Source: Trichoplax adhaerens | Taxonomy: Eukaryota > Animalia > Placozoa | Length of the DNA stretch: 64,000 nucleotides | Assembly (NCBI RefSeq): GCF_000150275.1 | Contig: NW_002060973.1 | Coordinates: forward strand, 1 to 64,000 | Reading direction: 5' to 3' | Part shown: piece after piece, positions 14,937 to 28,682 of the stretch | How the letters are laid out: every line of letters starts with the position of its first letter | Numbering within the stretch: position 1 is the stretch's first letter | Made by a program: the position numbers and the translations under genes | The notes under the pieces: generated by a model | Seen by the model: only the letters and a program-made list of their open reading frames with translations | Told to the model about the DNA's origin: nothing | Database searches by the model: none

Positions 14937-15625
14937 CTAGTACAAACTCACGTCGCTTTGCTGACGGTTTACGATAATGTACCCATTTGTTAATTAACAG
15001 ATAGTATTACCATTCGATATTATATATATCCCGTAATAGCCAGGCTCTACTATATATTCGCAGCTATGTTTCTAGAATACTACTTTTCAATAATGCATTT
15101 ACGGATGAAATGCTATGAATTGCTAATATTAAGATTAGTTAATGGTCCAAAGCACATTATGATAACTAATGTACGGTGATGGACATAACAAGTTAAGATT
15201 AGCAGGTACTGTAAGATATCTACAATGCGGGACAATGTCGTTAGTACTGTGGTCAATTCTATACCAATCATTATTATGTGTCTAAGGATCGCTTGCTCTG
15301 TCGATAACAACCGTTATAAGAAAATGGAAGAATCAAAATGGCTGTGTAGAAAACTCTATAAAGATTCTATGTTTATTCAATTTTCATCAGAGTATTACAT
15401 CAAATCAGAATTGAAAGGCCCAGTGGCCATCCTTAGCGATATAACGAATACTATTTTAAAAATCAGTACTCTGTAGAAATTACTACCTTTTTAAGAGCTA
15501 TCGTTTTACATGAAGAAATCTTGAGGTAAAAAATACTGTAAGAATCTTATACTGACCTATTGAAATGAACCCATAATCACAGTCATCTAACAGTAGTATA
15601 AATACCCCGCGCTGCTCAGGGTGGG
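14937..15625 (-). mobile_element. Non-autonomous Helitron-like element, copy 1 (may extend to about 15757)
   Basis: Near-identical to 28683-29375. On the minus strand it ends in CTAG|T with a GC-rich hairpin (14951-14966, CGTCGC-TTT-GCTGACG) 10 nt inside the end. No credible coding capacity. Confidence 0.65.
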
Positions 15626-16029
15626 TGGGTTGGATTTGTATATTAGGGTAAGTTTTTAGAATTTGTCTTGCCATGATATCAAAACAAATATCGTAAATGG
15701 AAAACAAACAATATTTGATAGGTGGGAGAGTGAGATAGAGTCTAATTCGTGTAATGATTAATCACTGACTTGCAATGTTATAAAATCTTGACTGCAGCAC
15801 CATACTGACCGGTTATTACCGCGCCTAAACGCACAAAAATCTATACGTTAGTAGAATAGCTCCAAATTATATAATTAAGGCTTCCCCTTATTATGTTATT
15901 TCCATATCAATATCTCCCTAATGTATTTCTAACCACAATAATTGTATATCAGTATATGGTACTTATGAAAACCGCTCAAAGTTACCAGCTGCAATTGCTG
16001 TTGAAATAGTGAGGTTGAGACTATGATTT

Positions 16030-17620
16030 TACTATTTTAGTATTCAACGGAATCGATAATAACGTCATCGAATTGTGAAGGATTGCATAAAAATATTTAT
16101 AGAATTTACTATAGTTCAATAACGTTGATACTATTTGCAGTACTATTAGAAATATGTTTGAATGGGATATATTTTTTAGAGGTTTTAATAATTACAAGTA
16201 TATCAGGATATGCATCGAATAAATTTACCGTTTTACTCCTACAAAATTAATATCCGACATGTAATTATCACAAATTGTCACTTAAAGTGGCATGATCAAG
16301 AAGATATTATCTAAGTAGGCAACTAATACTGGGTATGGTTATTTATAAAAACTACACTGGGTTCGGATCCTATACCGGTACTGTATGTATGAGAATATAC
16401 TTATCTTTGTTAAAGCGGTAAATTCTAAGCGAAATTTTTCACGAAAATCATCGACAGATTAGGTTTTAATTGTTTTTATTTGGTGATATTGTTTTTATAG
16501 AGAGAGAGCGTCCGAAACGTACAGTACTATCCATCTTCAGGTATAAAAATATATATATTCGTGATACAGGAGAAATAAACGTATACGAGAGGTCTTGCTG
16601 TCTTCACCTAATATTTGACAGTTATCGCGATTGGACTGTACTGAAATTTTGTTGTAACATGTGATCAAATTCATGAGATAACTGAATAGTATAAAAGTTA
16701 ACCTTTGTTGATATAGATATTTATACATTGTCTGAAATTACGATCAAGTGCTATTAATTTCTTTATGTGCAAAATCCGGCAAAATACTATGGTCTTTAAG
16801 TGTGCATTTGGCACCAAGTAAACCTATGTCCCCAAATCGTACACTTAGCTCGATAGGAGACATTCAGACATTTTTCTAACTTTCCAGGTCATTGAAATTC
16901 TAAATATACTATTTCTTCAAAGTATGCAAAAGTCCTTAAATGTAAGAAATTTAATTCATCTATCGGTTCTTTTGTGGTCTTGTAATGTCTTCTACCTCTA
17001 GACTATAGTCTATTAAGGTTTATAGATGCCAATTGCTAACGTTACCCATATTCTAATAGCCCTATAAATAAGTATGTCCATCCTTACTATTTTAAAATGT
17101 TTATCTTGAATCTATTAAGAATCTATCCGAGAGACATGTTTTGTACATGAACGACCCTTCGTATCGCTGATTGTCAGCGATTTGCTTTTTTATCTTATCG
17201 TTCGTTTAGTTTCTTTCCTTGACCTCTTACTGAAATTATGAAATTCAATCAAATACTAATTTGATTATCTTCGAATGCGAAGTGACGATGTCCTGTGGTT
17301 AACATCACAATGTTAATGCAGTATACGAAATTAACATTCTTAAAAGAAGGCATTATTACAATTTTACAAAAGCTACGGAACTTCTGATTATCGGAAATAA
17401 CTTGGAAAGCATGATCTAAAATAAACATTAATAAAAGTTATTATTCCTTTAATGGTTGAAAGTCCGTTTTTCCGGCTAAAGTTCAAACTAACTGACACAG
17501 TATGCCGCAGCGTGAAGATTCGATACGCTATTTAAGTCGAAAGAGTTAAGCTTTTATGCTTAATCATCTGAAGGATCGCCGCTCGCTTGCAAATTCTTCA
17601 AAGAGGTTCAGGTAATAAAT
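16030..17620 (+). repeat. Diverged duplicated non-coding block, copy A (upstream region of desaturase 2)
   Basis: Colinear similarity to 28460-31465, e.g. CAACGGAATCGATAA, TGGCATGATCAAGAAGATATTA, CCCTATAAATAAGTATGTC, GAAGGATCGCCGCTCGCTTG. Confidence 0.9.
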
Positions 17621-18665
17621 TTTTTTTATATCTACTTACGGATCCAATTGATAATACATGCGCTTATGAAAGTCTGAGCGATGTATAGAATAAATCTACG
17701 TCTACAGAAGAGTATTAGAAGCATTGAAATAGGCAACTATAAATGATACATTAATGACGGTAATATATTTCTTCCACCCCTGAACAGCAATTTTCAATAT
17801 TAATTAATTATCAATATAATCTGACAAATAGCCAGTAAATAAATTTTTTCACCTCTATAAAGCTTTCTAAGGATAAAAAATCTTATAAAATCTAATCGTT
17901 TACATACCTATTAAATAAGTTTCAATTGGTAAAAGTCGTTGAATGAGATTAAAATACGATTTATAATTTATAATCAAAAGATTCGATTTCATCATTAATA
18001 CCCGAACGTTTAGTTGATATAATTCGTTGCTTTTGGTAGTCTTATTACTGTAGCAGACTATTAGAATAGAATGACTTGACATTTAAGCTTTAGCCATTTT
18101 TAACTCTATAACAACTGCTTTAGCTGGTTAATAAGATTAGAAAATTATCTTGAACTCCAATACCAAGCGATTGATTTCTAGAAAGGTTTAGAATAGTAAG
18201 AAGATTAAGCTACGAGCTGTTAGAGAATTATAGTGCAGTCCCAAATAAGCTTAAGACTAAGATTAAATAGTCGTATTGCAGTTAGATAGTCTTTCGTAGT
18301 TGTGAAACGGATCTAATCTTATGCAATAAAGTAAAGTTTGCAAGAAACTGTAGTTCTAGTATTTTTAGGAAGACGCTTTATCGGAATGAATGAATTTCAA
18401 TAGCGGATATCAACTTTAGTTAATTACCGATACTTTATAGAGTTTTAAAATTGGCAGAAAATTGAAAGTATTAATATTGTATAGCGCTAAGTATTATAAT
18501 TTTATGAGTTTATAATAATCAAGTGAAACTACCTGTATTCTATTGTTTATCTTTGCGATAAATTTAATTCATATTTATCCTAATAAGATGTTCTAATAAC
18601 TATCATAATAATAGCAAATTGTAATACCGCTTATCATTTCTCTATATTTCAATTGCATTATAGCT

Positions 18666-20194
18666 ATGGCGCCCTTACCCTTAACAAGTACTAGAACATT
18701 GATAACCAAGGAAGGAGAATTTGACCTCGACTTCGTAAAAGAGGCTGCACAAGATGAAGTTAAGCCGCATCCAGGAAAATACCATACCATTGGTATATTA
18801 TATCATACATACTATCACATACTGGCATGTGTGGGCTTTTACCATCTCTTCTATCTCAAATGGCAGTCCCTTCTTTGGGTGATCTTTTATCATTATTGTG
18901 GTATCATTGGAATCGGTACTGGCGTTCATCGGCTGTATTCCCATAGGTTAGTCGATTGACATACTCATATAACTAGAATCTAGAAAAATATAGCAATTAT
19001 CTTATTGAGGTTCGTATAATTCTTTCTATCACATGAGTTGATGTAGTCGTAACCTGTGTTAGGATCATTAAATAGATACCGTTAGTAATTTCATACAGTT
19101 CAATGCTAATTCTACTTCGGATAATATTCTTCAATAACTCTACATTCTGTATTAAAATAGGGCTTTCAAAGCAACTGTTCCATTAAGAATTTTACTACTC
19201 TTCATGTACGCCATCGCTAATGGGATAAGTGCCTTTTCGTGGAGTCGTGACCATCGCGTTCATCATAAATATTCCGATACTGATGCTGATCCCCACAACG
19301 CCAAGCGCGGATTATTCTACTCTCACTTTGGCTGGTTACTTCTTCATAAACACCCTGAAGTGATAAATAAAGGCAAAAATATCAACCTCGATGATTTATA
19401 CAATGATCCCATTCTAATGTTCCATCACCGGTAAGTAACGTAAAGTTGGTAAATATACCTCTGAAAAATTGAAAATAATTAATGAATAAAGTCCTTTGCG
19501 TTTGATCTTACAGTAAAATTTGTCATACTTTAGTACATAATGCGATCCTGCATTAATTTGGTATTGAAAATCTAAATAATTTGTGAATACAATTTCATAA
19601 TATAGTTAAATATTCTATGATAGAAATTATTTATATTCGTAATATCTTGTTGGTATGAAAATCCGATCATTCTTCTCGTACCTAAGTATTCTCTATTTCT
19701 CTTGTTATTTTCCAAATCCCTTCTATACATACAGTCACTATACCTTGATCCGATTCATCACCTGCATAGTCATTCCAATCTTCGTTCCAACTTACTTTTG
19801 GGGAGAGTATTGGCTGTACGCTTGGACCGCTGGTCATGGTCTTGTTCAAGTCTTCACTAGCCACTGTTCCTATACTGTAAACAGCTTATCTCATCAGTTT
19901 GGTATGAAACCGTATGACACAAGCTACCTTGCTTCAGAATGTAGATTATCGAATGGTCTTACGCTCGGGGAAGGTCATCATAACTATCATCACGCTTTTC
20001 CATACGACTACTCGCATGGTGAATTTAACAGCTTCTTACTACCTTTCAACCTTTTCCGCCTTCCTAATGGCTCGACTACCTTTATTGAAACTTGCGCTCT
20101 CTTGGGCTTAGCATACGATTTGCGTCGACCACCGAAAGAGATGGTATTGCGTAGAATGAACAGAACCGGTGATGGAAGCCTGAAAGTGGAATAA
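18666..20194 (+). CDS. SCD: Acyl-CoA desaturase paralog 2 (SCD family, divergent); exons 18666-18946, 19161-19430, 19735-20194
   Basis: His boxes HRLYSH, HRVHH and HNYHH, DADPHNAKRGLFYSHFGWLL and RTGDGS. Both introns are at the same positions and phase as in paralog 1. Confidence 0.94.
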
Positions 20195-21569
20195 TCTTTC
20201 ATTTTCCGAAATCTGATAGTTTTATAGGCTTGTAGGCGCCACTCATCATAAATATTGTCGTTTATTCGTACACGATAGTATTAATGCACTTTCGTATCGC
20301 AAATATTCTATATCACTCTCTATGGCTTTATAAAATTGACTATATATTCTTCTGATATCTTGTCTTTTTACATCCATCTATTTCTTCAGCTGTTTCTCTT
20401 GACGTAATTTATCTTTTATGTACGTGTTCGATTATTGTTTTCTTATCATTTCCTAGAAGTTGTCTAAATCGATGCAGTCAGTACTTTTATAATTTATTTC
20501 TGTATATCCATCTATTTATTTCTCTCGCTATAATCTCTGCTGCTATCCTTTATATCATATCTTACGTTCTCTCCACAGAATAATAATATAATATACTTTT
20601 TCATCTGTGGAAACATTACACTTATTTCTCATATAACCTTTTTAGCACGTACTGTAATCTTTTTTAATTAAATAAACGATATTTACGAGAGTACTTGAAT
20701 GTCAAATAATTATATTATTGCCGGCATGATGTTAGATAATTATAATCAGCGCATGCAGTTTTTTATGGTCTACGCGTAGATAAACATGATCATTTTACTA
20801 TTATTTCTAGCGAGAAGGTACTAAAGATTCTAATAGTTATAATCAGTTCAATAATCATAATTATATAAGAGACATCAGACTTTTAGTTTGTAGACAGAAA
20901 AAATATTCTGAAATACGTTATATGGAAAAAATGTCATTAATACTGCAAAATATTAAGAAAGAAAGAAAAGGAATATGACATCAAAGGAGTTAACCAGAGA
21001 CAATTAGTGGCGCAGTACGAAGCACCTTCTACGATTACGAAAAAATCTGAGGTGCCTTGTCGGAAATCAATTCTCTTAATAACCGTATTTGTTAAGAAGA
21101 TAAATTTGGGCTTTCTTTCAGCGGATATGTATTGTAGAAATAATAATCTATCGAAAGAAAATGACAGCAAGATGGATAGATTTAGGACAGCAGTTGAAAT
21201 TTTTGTTGTAATTATTATTAATAATGGCTAATTTAATTTGTTGATTACAGTAGGAATTAAATTACCTTGTTCGAGAATATTTCGGTACCCAATCGCTTTA
21301 CCTACGTTTGCGATTTTATATTAGTTTATATATGCGAGTCCTTCGCCAGCTATTGTATAACATAGTAATTGCTGAGTTAGGTCTGTAGTTGTAATAAACA
21401 TACGACTGTATTTAGGGTACGTCATATAAAGTCGGGTATTGCCACTTGAATAGAATCGCTTTTCTGCACATCTTGATACTAGCATACTAGACTTGATAGT
21501 GAATTAGCTTTAGTATCTTGACAGTATAGTAGGTATGGTACCGTACCCAGTAATAATGTTTATATTGAA

Positions 21570-22190
21570 ATATGTCGTGAATAGTTGTTCCGGTAGAGGA
21601 ATTGGACACCGATTGATTTGTAAGTATTTGTTAATTCTAATTTTGTAATTTCCACATAGGCGCACACTACCGTTAGGTTTCATTACAATTACCATTATCG
21701 TAAAATAATAATATTGATGCATATTCACATAGCAAAATAGATGACTGTTTGCCTTAAATTAAGGCGATACTGCTTCACAAGCCCATAAAAACCCATTTAT
21801 TATTTCATGTTGTATCGGAATGAGATCTGCACTCGTAAGATTGCTGATTTCTTAGTCACAGCCTAACTACAATGTCAACAATTGATTAATATTATAAGCT
21901 GGATTCGCTATTGAACTGAAAATTGTTGCTTGAATTTAGTAAATTTTGTCTGATAATTAATTATACAAATTTTTTTAATTAAACACTTTTGACGCTAAAT
22001 GAAGATTGCAGTTTCATCCTATATCAAATTAACGTCATCAAGAGATATTAACTTCACGTCGTTGTAAGTCACACTTCAGAGCATAATTTAGAAGGATTAG
22101 AGTTGCCATCCCTATTTTTTAAGAAAGCAAATTAGACTCATTGCCTTATCAGTGGAAGTTCGCTACTGCACCTGCATCGAGGGAAGATAT
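21570..22190 (-). mobile_element. Decayed Ty3/Gypsy LTR-retrotransposon pol fragment (RT N-terminus, possible protease remnant)
   Basis: Minus-strand IVMKPNGSVRLCGNYKIRINKYLQINRCPIPLPEQLF resembles the Gypsy RT motif V.K.DG.VR.C.DY...N......YP.P..E.LF. A degenerate LDAGAVAN (cf. LDTGA) lies about 500 bp upstream at 22158-22181, with stops and frameshifts in between. Confidence 0.65.
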
Positions 22191-23306
22191 CATCGTTTTT
22201 TAAGTGTTCGTTTATACGAGAGAGTACAAACGAAAAATTGTCGTTTGTGTTAAAGGTTGCCAGATTTTGCTAGTGTAGTCTTAATAACTACTTTCGTATA
22301 GAGGTTAATTTAAAGTTTTCCAACAATATGTATGTATCGTAAAAATTATCATCTGTATGAAATAAATCGATCAATAGTAAAATGGATAGATAAGTCCGAT
22401 ATCATATCAATTTTTCTGTATTATATGAATGTTTTATAATGCGAATTACTTTGTCTACGGATATAACGTAAATCAATTGCCTGAGCTCATCGCTATAATG
22501 CTACACAGCTGAAGGTGTGGTAACTGCTGGTATAATAATCTAACGTTTAATCTGTACATGCCATTGAATGATTAGTATGTGTTCGCGATTTAGAATCAGA
22601 CTCAATTTCGGNATAAAGAAGAATCATCAATATCCGTATACGTATCATAAATTTGAGTGGACTATAAAAGTCTACCGTATCGGTTTGAAAGCAGCTGTTA
22701 CGAAGTTAGTTTGTATATGATATTTTATGTATAGGCCTTAAAGCTCCTNTACTACGTCGATACGATATTTGCGTAAATAGGCTTGATTATATCATTAGTA
22801 TAATGTGGTTTAGGATCTGGTCCATTACACAGCTAGATTATTATGATTGTAAGGACTTCACTACAGGGTCAGTGTTGCATGTTTGTTGTGAGCCAATAGA
22901 AAACCCGTAGCGTTGTTTACCACTTGCTAAATTGTTTTGAGATCGCAAAAAGGCCATCTATAAGAAATTACTCAATTATCGATATTGCTTGATACATTTT
23001 GCATGAGGCCACACTAAGCTTGCCAGTTGAGTAATCAAAGTTCAAAGGTGAAAAAATCAACTTCAATCTTTTTATGATCTCCGTTCCTAGAAGTATAAGT
23101 AGCTACAATAAAACATTGATTGAGCGATTTTGTTCATAAGCGTATAAACGCATGTGCCTGTCTAAATAAGATTAACGACAAAGTCTACATATTTCTCTAC
23201 ACGAGTATACCATAAAGTTTGCCTTAAAATTTTTAAAAATTTATTTGCTTAAAACCTCATTAGTACATTGTTATAAGGTATCAACTATTCCAAAAAATCG
23301 ACTATA

Positions 23307-26300
23307 ATGGATTCTAAAAGTACATTTAGTCACCAGGATGACGTACCAAAACTTCCCTTGCCTAAGTTGCAGGATACTTTCTACAACTATCTTGCATCTG
23401 TTCGCCCTTTTGTGAATGATGAGCAATATGCACAGACAGAAGCTCTAGTGAACGAGTTTGGCAAACCAGGTGGAATTGCAGAAGAATTGCAGCAGTATAT
23501 TGCGGAAAAAGCAAAATCTTCAGATAACTGGGTAATTGAATAACGATATTGGAGTATAACATCATGGTCTATAGCTATTAATTTTTTAGTCTACATCAGT
23601 ATCTACGGATCTGATACAAGTTATCTATACTTTTTTTGCAGTATTATATTTACCAATAATCGTTAATATAATACCTAAAATTCGATGCCAAATACCTAAA
23701 CTCGTATTATTTGCATTGCTAATTTCTGTAGATAAAATTAGCTATTAAATCTTAGATTTTAAATTATGCTTAAGAGGGAGAATATCGAAATATATTCGCC
23801 CGAATGTTATACTTCTATGTATATTCATAGCGTAAATATCTCATATGTACTACCAATACGTGAGCCTATGCTAACTTCAATATTTGGTGGAGGAGAAATC
23901 AACCTGGCAAACACTCTTTCATGAAATTATACTACAGTAACATTTATGCCTCACGGCCCTATTTAGTCTTTTTAAAACATAGTTACTGCTATAACTACTT
24001 CATTATTAGAGCCTAGATTGCTCCTTGCAAAAACACCGCAAGCTGCACCTTTAGCTGTAAAAATAATTTATTTGCGCACAGTACTATACATCCATAGTTA
24101 ATTAGTCATTTAAAACTTAACATTCTTCTCGTATATATCACACTTTTGAGGTCGGAATAAATGATATTTTCAAATACTCAACATTTTCATTTGAACGATC
24201 TCAGGTAACAGATTGGTGGACCGATTACATTTATTTAAAGAATAGAAACTCGGTTATTTTTAACTCTTCAGGCTGCATTATGGCCGGTTATGAATGGGTT
24301 ACAACCGAAGATGAATACATAGAGTAAGTAAATATCATAAATTATGACGATGTTAACTGAATTAATTTAGGAAATACCCCTGTTCAAATTTCATGTTTTT
24401 CTATCCTCTTTCATCACTAAAAAGCCTAGCTGCAAAAATAGCTTTGAAAATAGTAGATTACTATTGGCTAATCTACACGTAAGAGTGTCAATCTATTAGT
24501 TGAAATAGTAAGCCTATGGATGTAATAGGTAGTAACCTGACGAACTAATTTTATACCTGCTCTAGTCAAACTCTGCCACCTGAGAATTTTGGTGGCAGAT
24601 GGCAATGCATGAAACAAAAGTTATACATGTTTGGGGGTGGAAGAATTCCGAAACACGGTATAGACGTCTTTGATTGGCAAAATCTTGGAGATGACATTTC
24701 TAGGCACATTATAATTTCTCATAACAATCGGGTAATACATATTGCTTAAGCTAATTGTGATTTATGGCAAAATGATAGCTTAGATTTGCTTAGATACCTA
24801 AAAATTACGGTCTATGGAATAAAAATGAAAGAGTATCATTTTAGACTTACCGACATATTAATCCAATGCATAATCAAAAATTAGCTGCGGCTTAATGTGT
24901 CTTGATATCGCGAAAGGAAAATACTTCAAACATTAATCTTGTTAAATAATATATTTAACAACTGGACCTGGCGTTTCATACAGTAGCCTATGGTATCTTA
25001 TTGATAACTGCCTAAATAAATATTTCCACTTATTTACTTTGAGAATACAGTTTTTTGCCATTGAATCGATTAAGGACAACAAGGTCATTACGTTTACAGA
25101 AATGAGAATGCAGATTAAAAGACTGATAGAAATGTCAGCTGAAGTATCAGAACCTGTTGGCATACTGACTGCAGCAGAGCGTGATAGATGGGCTGATGTA
25201 CTTGAATTGTTGTTAAAAGGTATTTGATTTTGTTATGCTTATCATGAGGTTGAATATTTTTAGCTTTTTAATGTTATGTCATGTGTTATGGATCAGATCC
25301 CCAAAATGAGCAATCATGGCGAACAATTCATCGTGGAATTACGGTTTTAAGTTTAGAACGAAATTTACCTGAGATTCCTGTTAGCCCTGATCATCCAGAC
25401 TATGCTGATGAACAGTTTACAATATTTGTTGCGGGATCATTACATGCTTACGGTAGCAAATATAGCGCCGCTAATCGATGGAATGATAAATGTATTGCCA
25501 ATTATCTTGGCCGTTATGGATACTTTGGCTTGCTAGGAGAACATTCCAATATTGATGGATCGCCACTCTTTCTTTATAATTCCTACGTTGAGCAACAGAT
25601 GTAAGCTATGATACAGTAACATAAAATCAACGAATCGTGTTTAATGAATTGCGTTTAATTTCAGTTGCTTGTTGAGCGATCATAGAATCCAAATTTGCGC
25701 ATAATAAATTGGATACTCAAAGGCTATTAATAATACGAAGTTTAATTAGGATCATTTATAAATTGATTCATTTTATACTAATAACATATGTAAACCTCGA
25801 TGCTATAATTTACAATAGACATGTCCACTTATCAATTACTTAATGTTCCGTATTAATAAATGAATGCAATAGCTCTAAGGTCAAGACCGACGACGAACCA
25901 CCACGCGAATATTTAGATGAAGTCTCGGCGCCTCTGAAAATCGAATGGAATCTGTCTGAAGAACTGCGCTACCACATCCAGCAAACAGCAGAGACTATAG
26001 ACAAGTTCGTTACAATTATTGTTGTAGTTGACTCCATAATGGCATCTTATTTAAAAAGTTCAGACTTATAGCATAATCTGTATCTTCCATTTGACGTTAA
26101 TTAATTTGATATAGATCTGTCGACAGTTTATTAACCCGCGGGATGATATTCAGTGACTACGGTAAAGAATTTATTAAATCTCAGAAAATGAGTCCAGATA
26201 GTTTTATTCAAACTGCTTTGCAATTGATTTACTACAAGTAAGTTGTCCGTTATCAATATAATAGCTATTTAGCATTTACTTCCTACAGTAAGATAAATGG

Positions 26301-27251
26301 ACTCTGATATCCCAGAGTGATCATCGAACTAATATTTAAAGTGATACTATAATTTATAAAATTAAGACTCGCAGGTCAGCTAGGAAGCCAGTACGAGAGT
26401 TGCGCTTTAAGGCATTTCGTTCACGGCAGAACCGAAACAATTCGCTCTGCAACAATAAAATCGAAGATTTTATGCGAAATTTGGACAAATCCTCATGCGA
26501 CGGTAGCGTAGATACAATAAATTCTATGTTTTCATCAAGTTTCATGTAGACCTTAATTGTATTATAAATATTTGTTAAAAGCAATCAATCAGAAATTTTA
26601 AGCGTTTACAACTTGTTATAATCCAGGACAGTGAAAAGCGTGCTGCGTTTGCCGATGCTACAAAATTACATAATAAAATTGCTAGAGAGGTTAGAATAAA
26701 ATATTCAAAAATTTACAAAATTTGAAAACATACAATTTTAACTAAAAGTATATCACGATATGATAACTTCACTTATGTATTTTAGGCATATGTAGGTCAG
26801 GGCTGGGATAGACACATGTTCGGTTTGAAAATAGCCGCATTAGAGAAAGGATTGCCAGAACCGGAATTATTTAGGGATTATGCCTATAAAAAGCTTAACC
26901 AGTATGAGGTTTCAACCAGTCAGGTAATCTATTGTCAACTCTGTTACGATATAGTATAAAATTACTATACTGTAGTGAGCAAGCCTGAATGAGTTTAGCT
27001 GTTTCTCTAAAAATCAGATTGTCTTAAAATTGTAGATGACTTGTGGGAAATCGTCTAATGGAGCTTTTGCCCCTTCATGCCATCATGGTTATGGAATATC
27101 TTATAGCATTCAGCCACATCAACTAAATTTTTCCTGTACGTCATTTGTAAGCTGCCCGACAACTGATAGTAAATTATTTTTAGATAAGGTACGAGAATTT
27201 TTTCGTGAGTATCGTGATATGGCAGAGCGTTTAGCTGAGGCAAATGAATAA
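23307..27251 (+). CDS. Carnitine O-acyltransferase (CROT/CRAT-like), about 12 exons
   Basis: [19 protein letters not shown]|VTDWW, NRWNDK, catalytic [50 protein letters not shown] and GYGISY. Approximate exons: 23307-23531, 24205-24323, 24425-24478, 24566-24731, 25051-25219, 25298-25600, 25873-26004, 26115-26237, 26367-26501, 26627-26689, 26786-26923, 27036-27251. Confidence 0.9.
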
Positions 27252-28682
27252 TTATTCAACTTTGAAAGGCTTATCATAGTGTAGTATGGTAAAATTTATG
27301 GTTAGATATTTGGTAAGCTGAAGCATTAGTCATCATTTGCCATGATAAAGATCATAGATTAAACCTCCGCTATAGTCAACATAGGAACTCTTTTAGGGTG
27401 CTTTCTGGCAGCTACCGTAGTAGATAAATACTGTAGTAGGATAAATAATTAATAATATAAGTTATTACTTAAGTCGTTTGCTTATGTCTTACTAACAATA
27501 TTAATTACATTTTTACTCATTATTGCTATTCATGCTGTACTTGGTTAATGGAGATAAGCTCCGATTTTAAATAATAATAAATTATTTTTATTTAATAAAG
27601 CTGTAAAGCTCCATAGCATATAAATGTTCTTATTCGTAGGTATTTAGATACTAATATTTATACGCATAGATCTAAAAAGTAAATACTAGTTTTTGTTCCA
27701 TAAATATTTAAAGTTTATTTCCTGTACTTAAGGCTAAGTAAGTCTTAATTAATACTTTATAGCCTAGCTGTACATCCGGTCTGTGCAAACAGACTTACAC
27801 ATATACCACTATTTGTTGTGATATTTCGAAAGTGCCGAGATTCGTAACTCGGAATACAATAAAAGCATGACTGCATGATTACCGATGCTGTGTAGTACTT
27901 ACAATTGTGTTGGGACTATAGGCAAGAACCTCTATGATTAGGACTTGAAGTGTAAGGTTGTTACTAAAATTTAGAATTTTAAAAAAGCCTTTGTCGAGAT
28001 GAGGCCAGGTGAATTCGTTAGTTGTCTAATTTTATGAGAAATCTCATAGGTTAGATCGCTATCTTATCTTGATTAATCTCTCGTTCACAGTTCTAAACCT
28101 AGTCATAGCTAACTATGTGTGATGCTATAGCGTGTTTTAACATAGACCTATATTGTATATATTTAGACGTGAGAAATGAACGAAAGCTACTCTTCATTAT
28201 GCAAATTAAATCCTATGTTTAGAATTAATTCACAGTCTTGGTAATCAAACGCAGTAAATCACATTTCATATCACTGTGATTTAATTGTTGAGATAGCGCG
28301 TAAAATGGTTATTAGAGAGATGCGTTCAGAGTATCTTCTGATCGTTATTAACAGAACCCTTTACTCGAAAATAAGACTAGGCCAGAATTCTTACACATAA
28401 CATATATTGTAGGCTACAATGCTAATTTACATACTGTCTGGCGAGGTCGAAGCTCTGTATTACTAATTTTATTTATCAACGGAATCGATAAACAACGTAA
28501 TCGAGTTCGTGAAGGATTTTATCAAAATATTTATAGAATTTAGTGTTGTTTATTGACACTGATACTAATTGCATTACCATTTGAAATAAATTTGTATGGG
28601 ATATATTTCTAGAGGTCTGAATAAGCATATCAGAATCTACATCGAAAAAAATCCCGTTCTTCTCCTATTGCATTAATATATA

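Noticed and set aside
15113-15707. Short ORFs inside the Helitron-like repeat
   Set aside because: No recognisable domain, and not preserved intact between the two copies.
24572-24599. TCTGCCACC…GGTGGCAGA hairpin
   Set aside because: A 9-bp stem inside a coding exon (LPPENFGGR); compatible with chance.
23307-27251. Choline acetyltransferase call
   Set aside because: It has GRTET rather than the ChAT-type GRVDN specificity motif.
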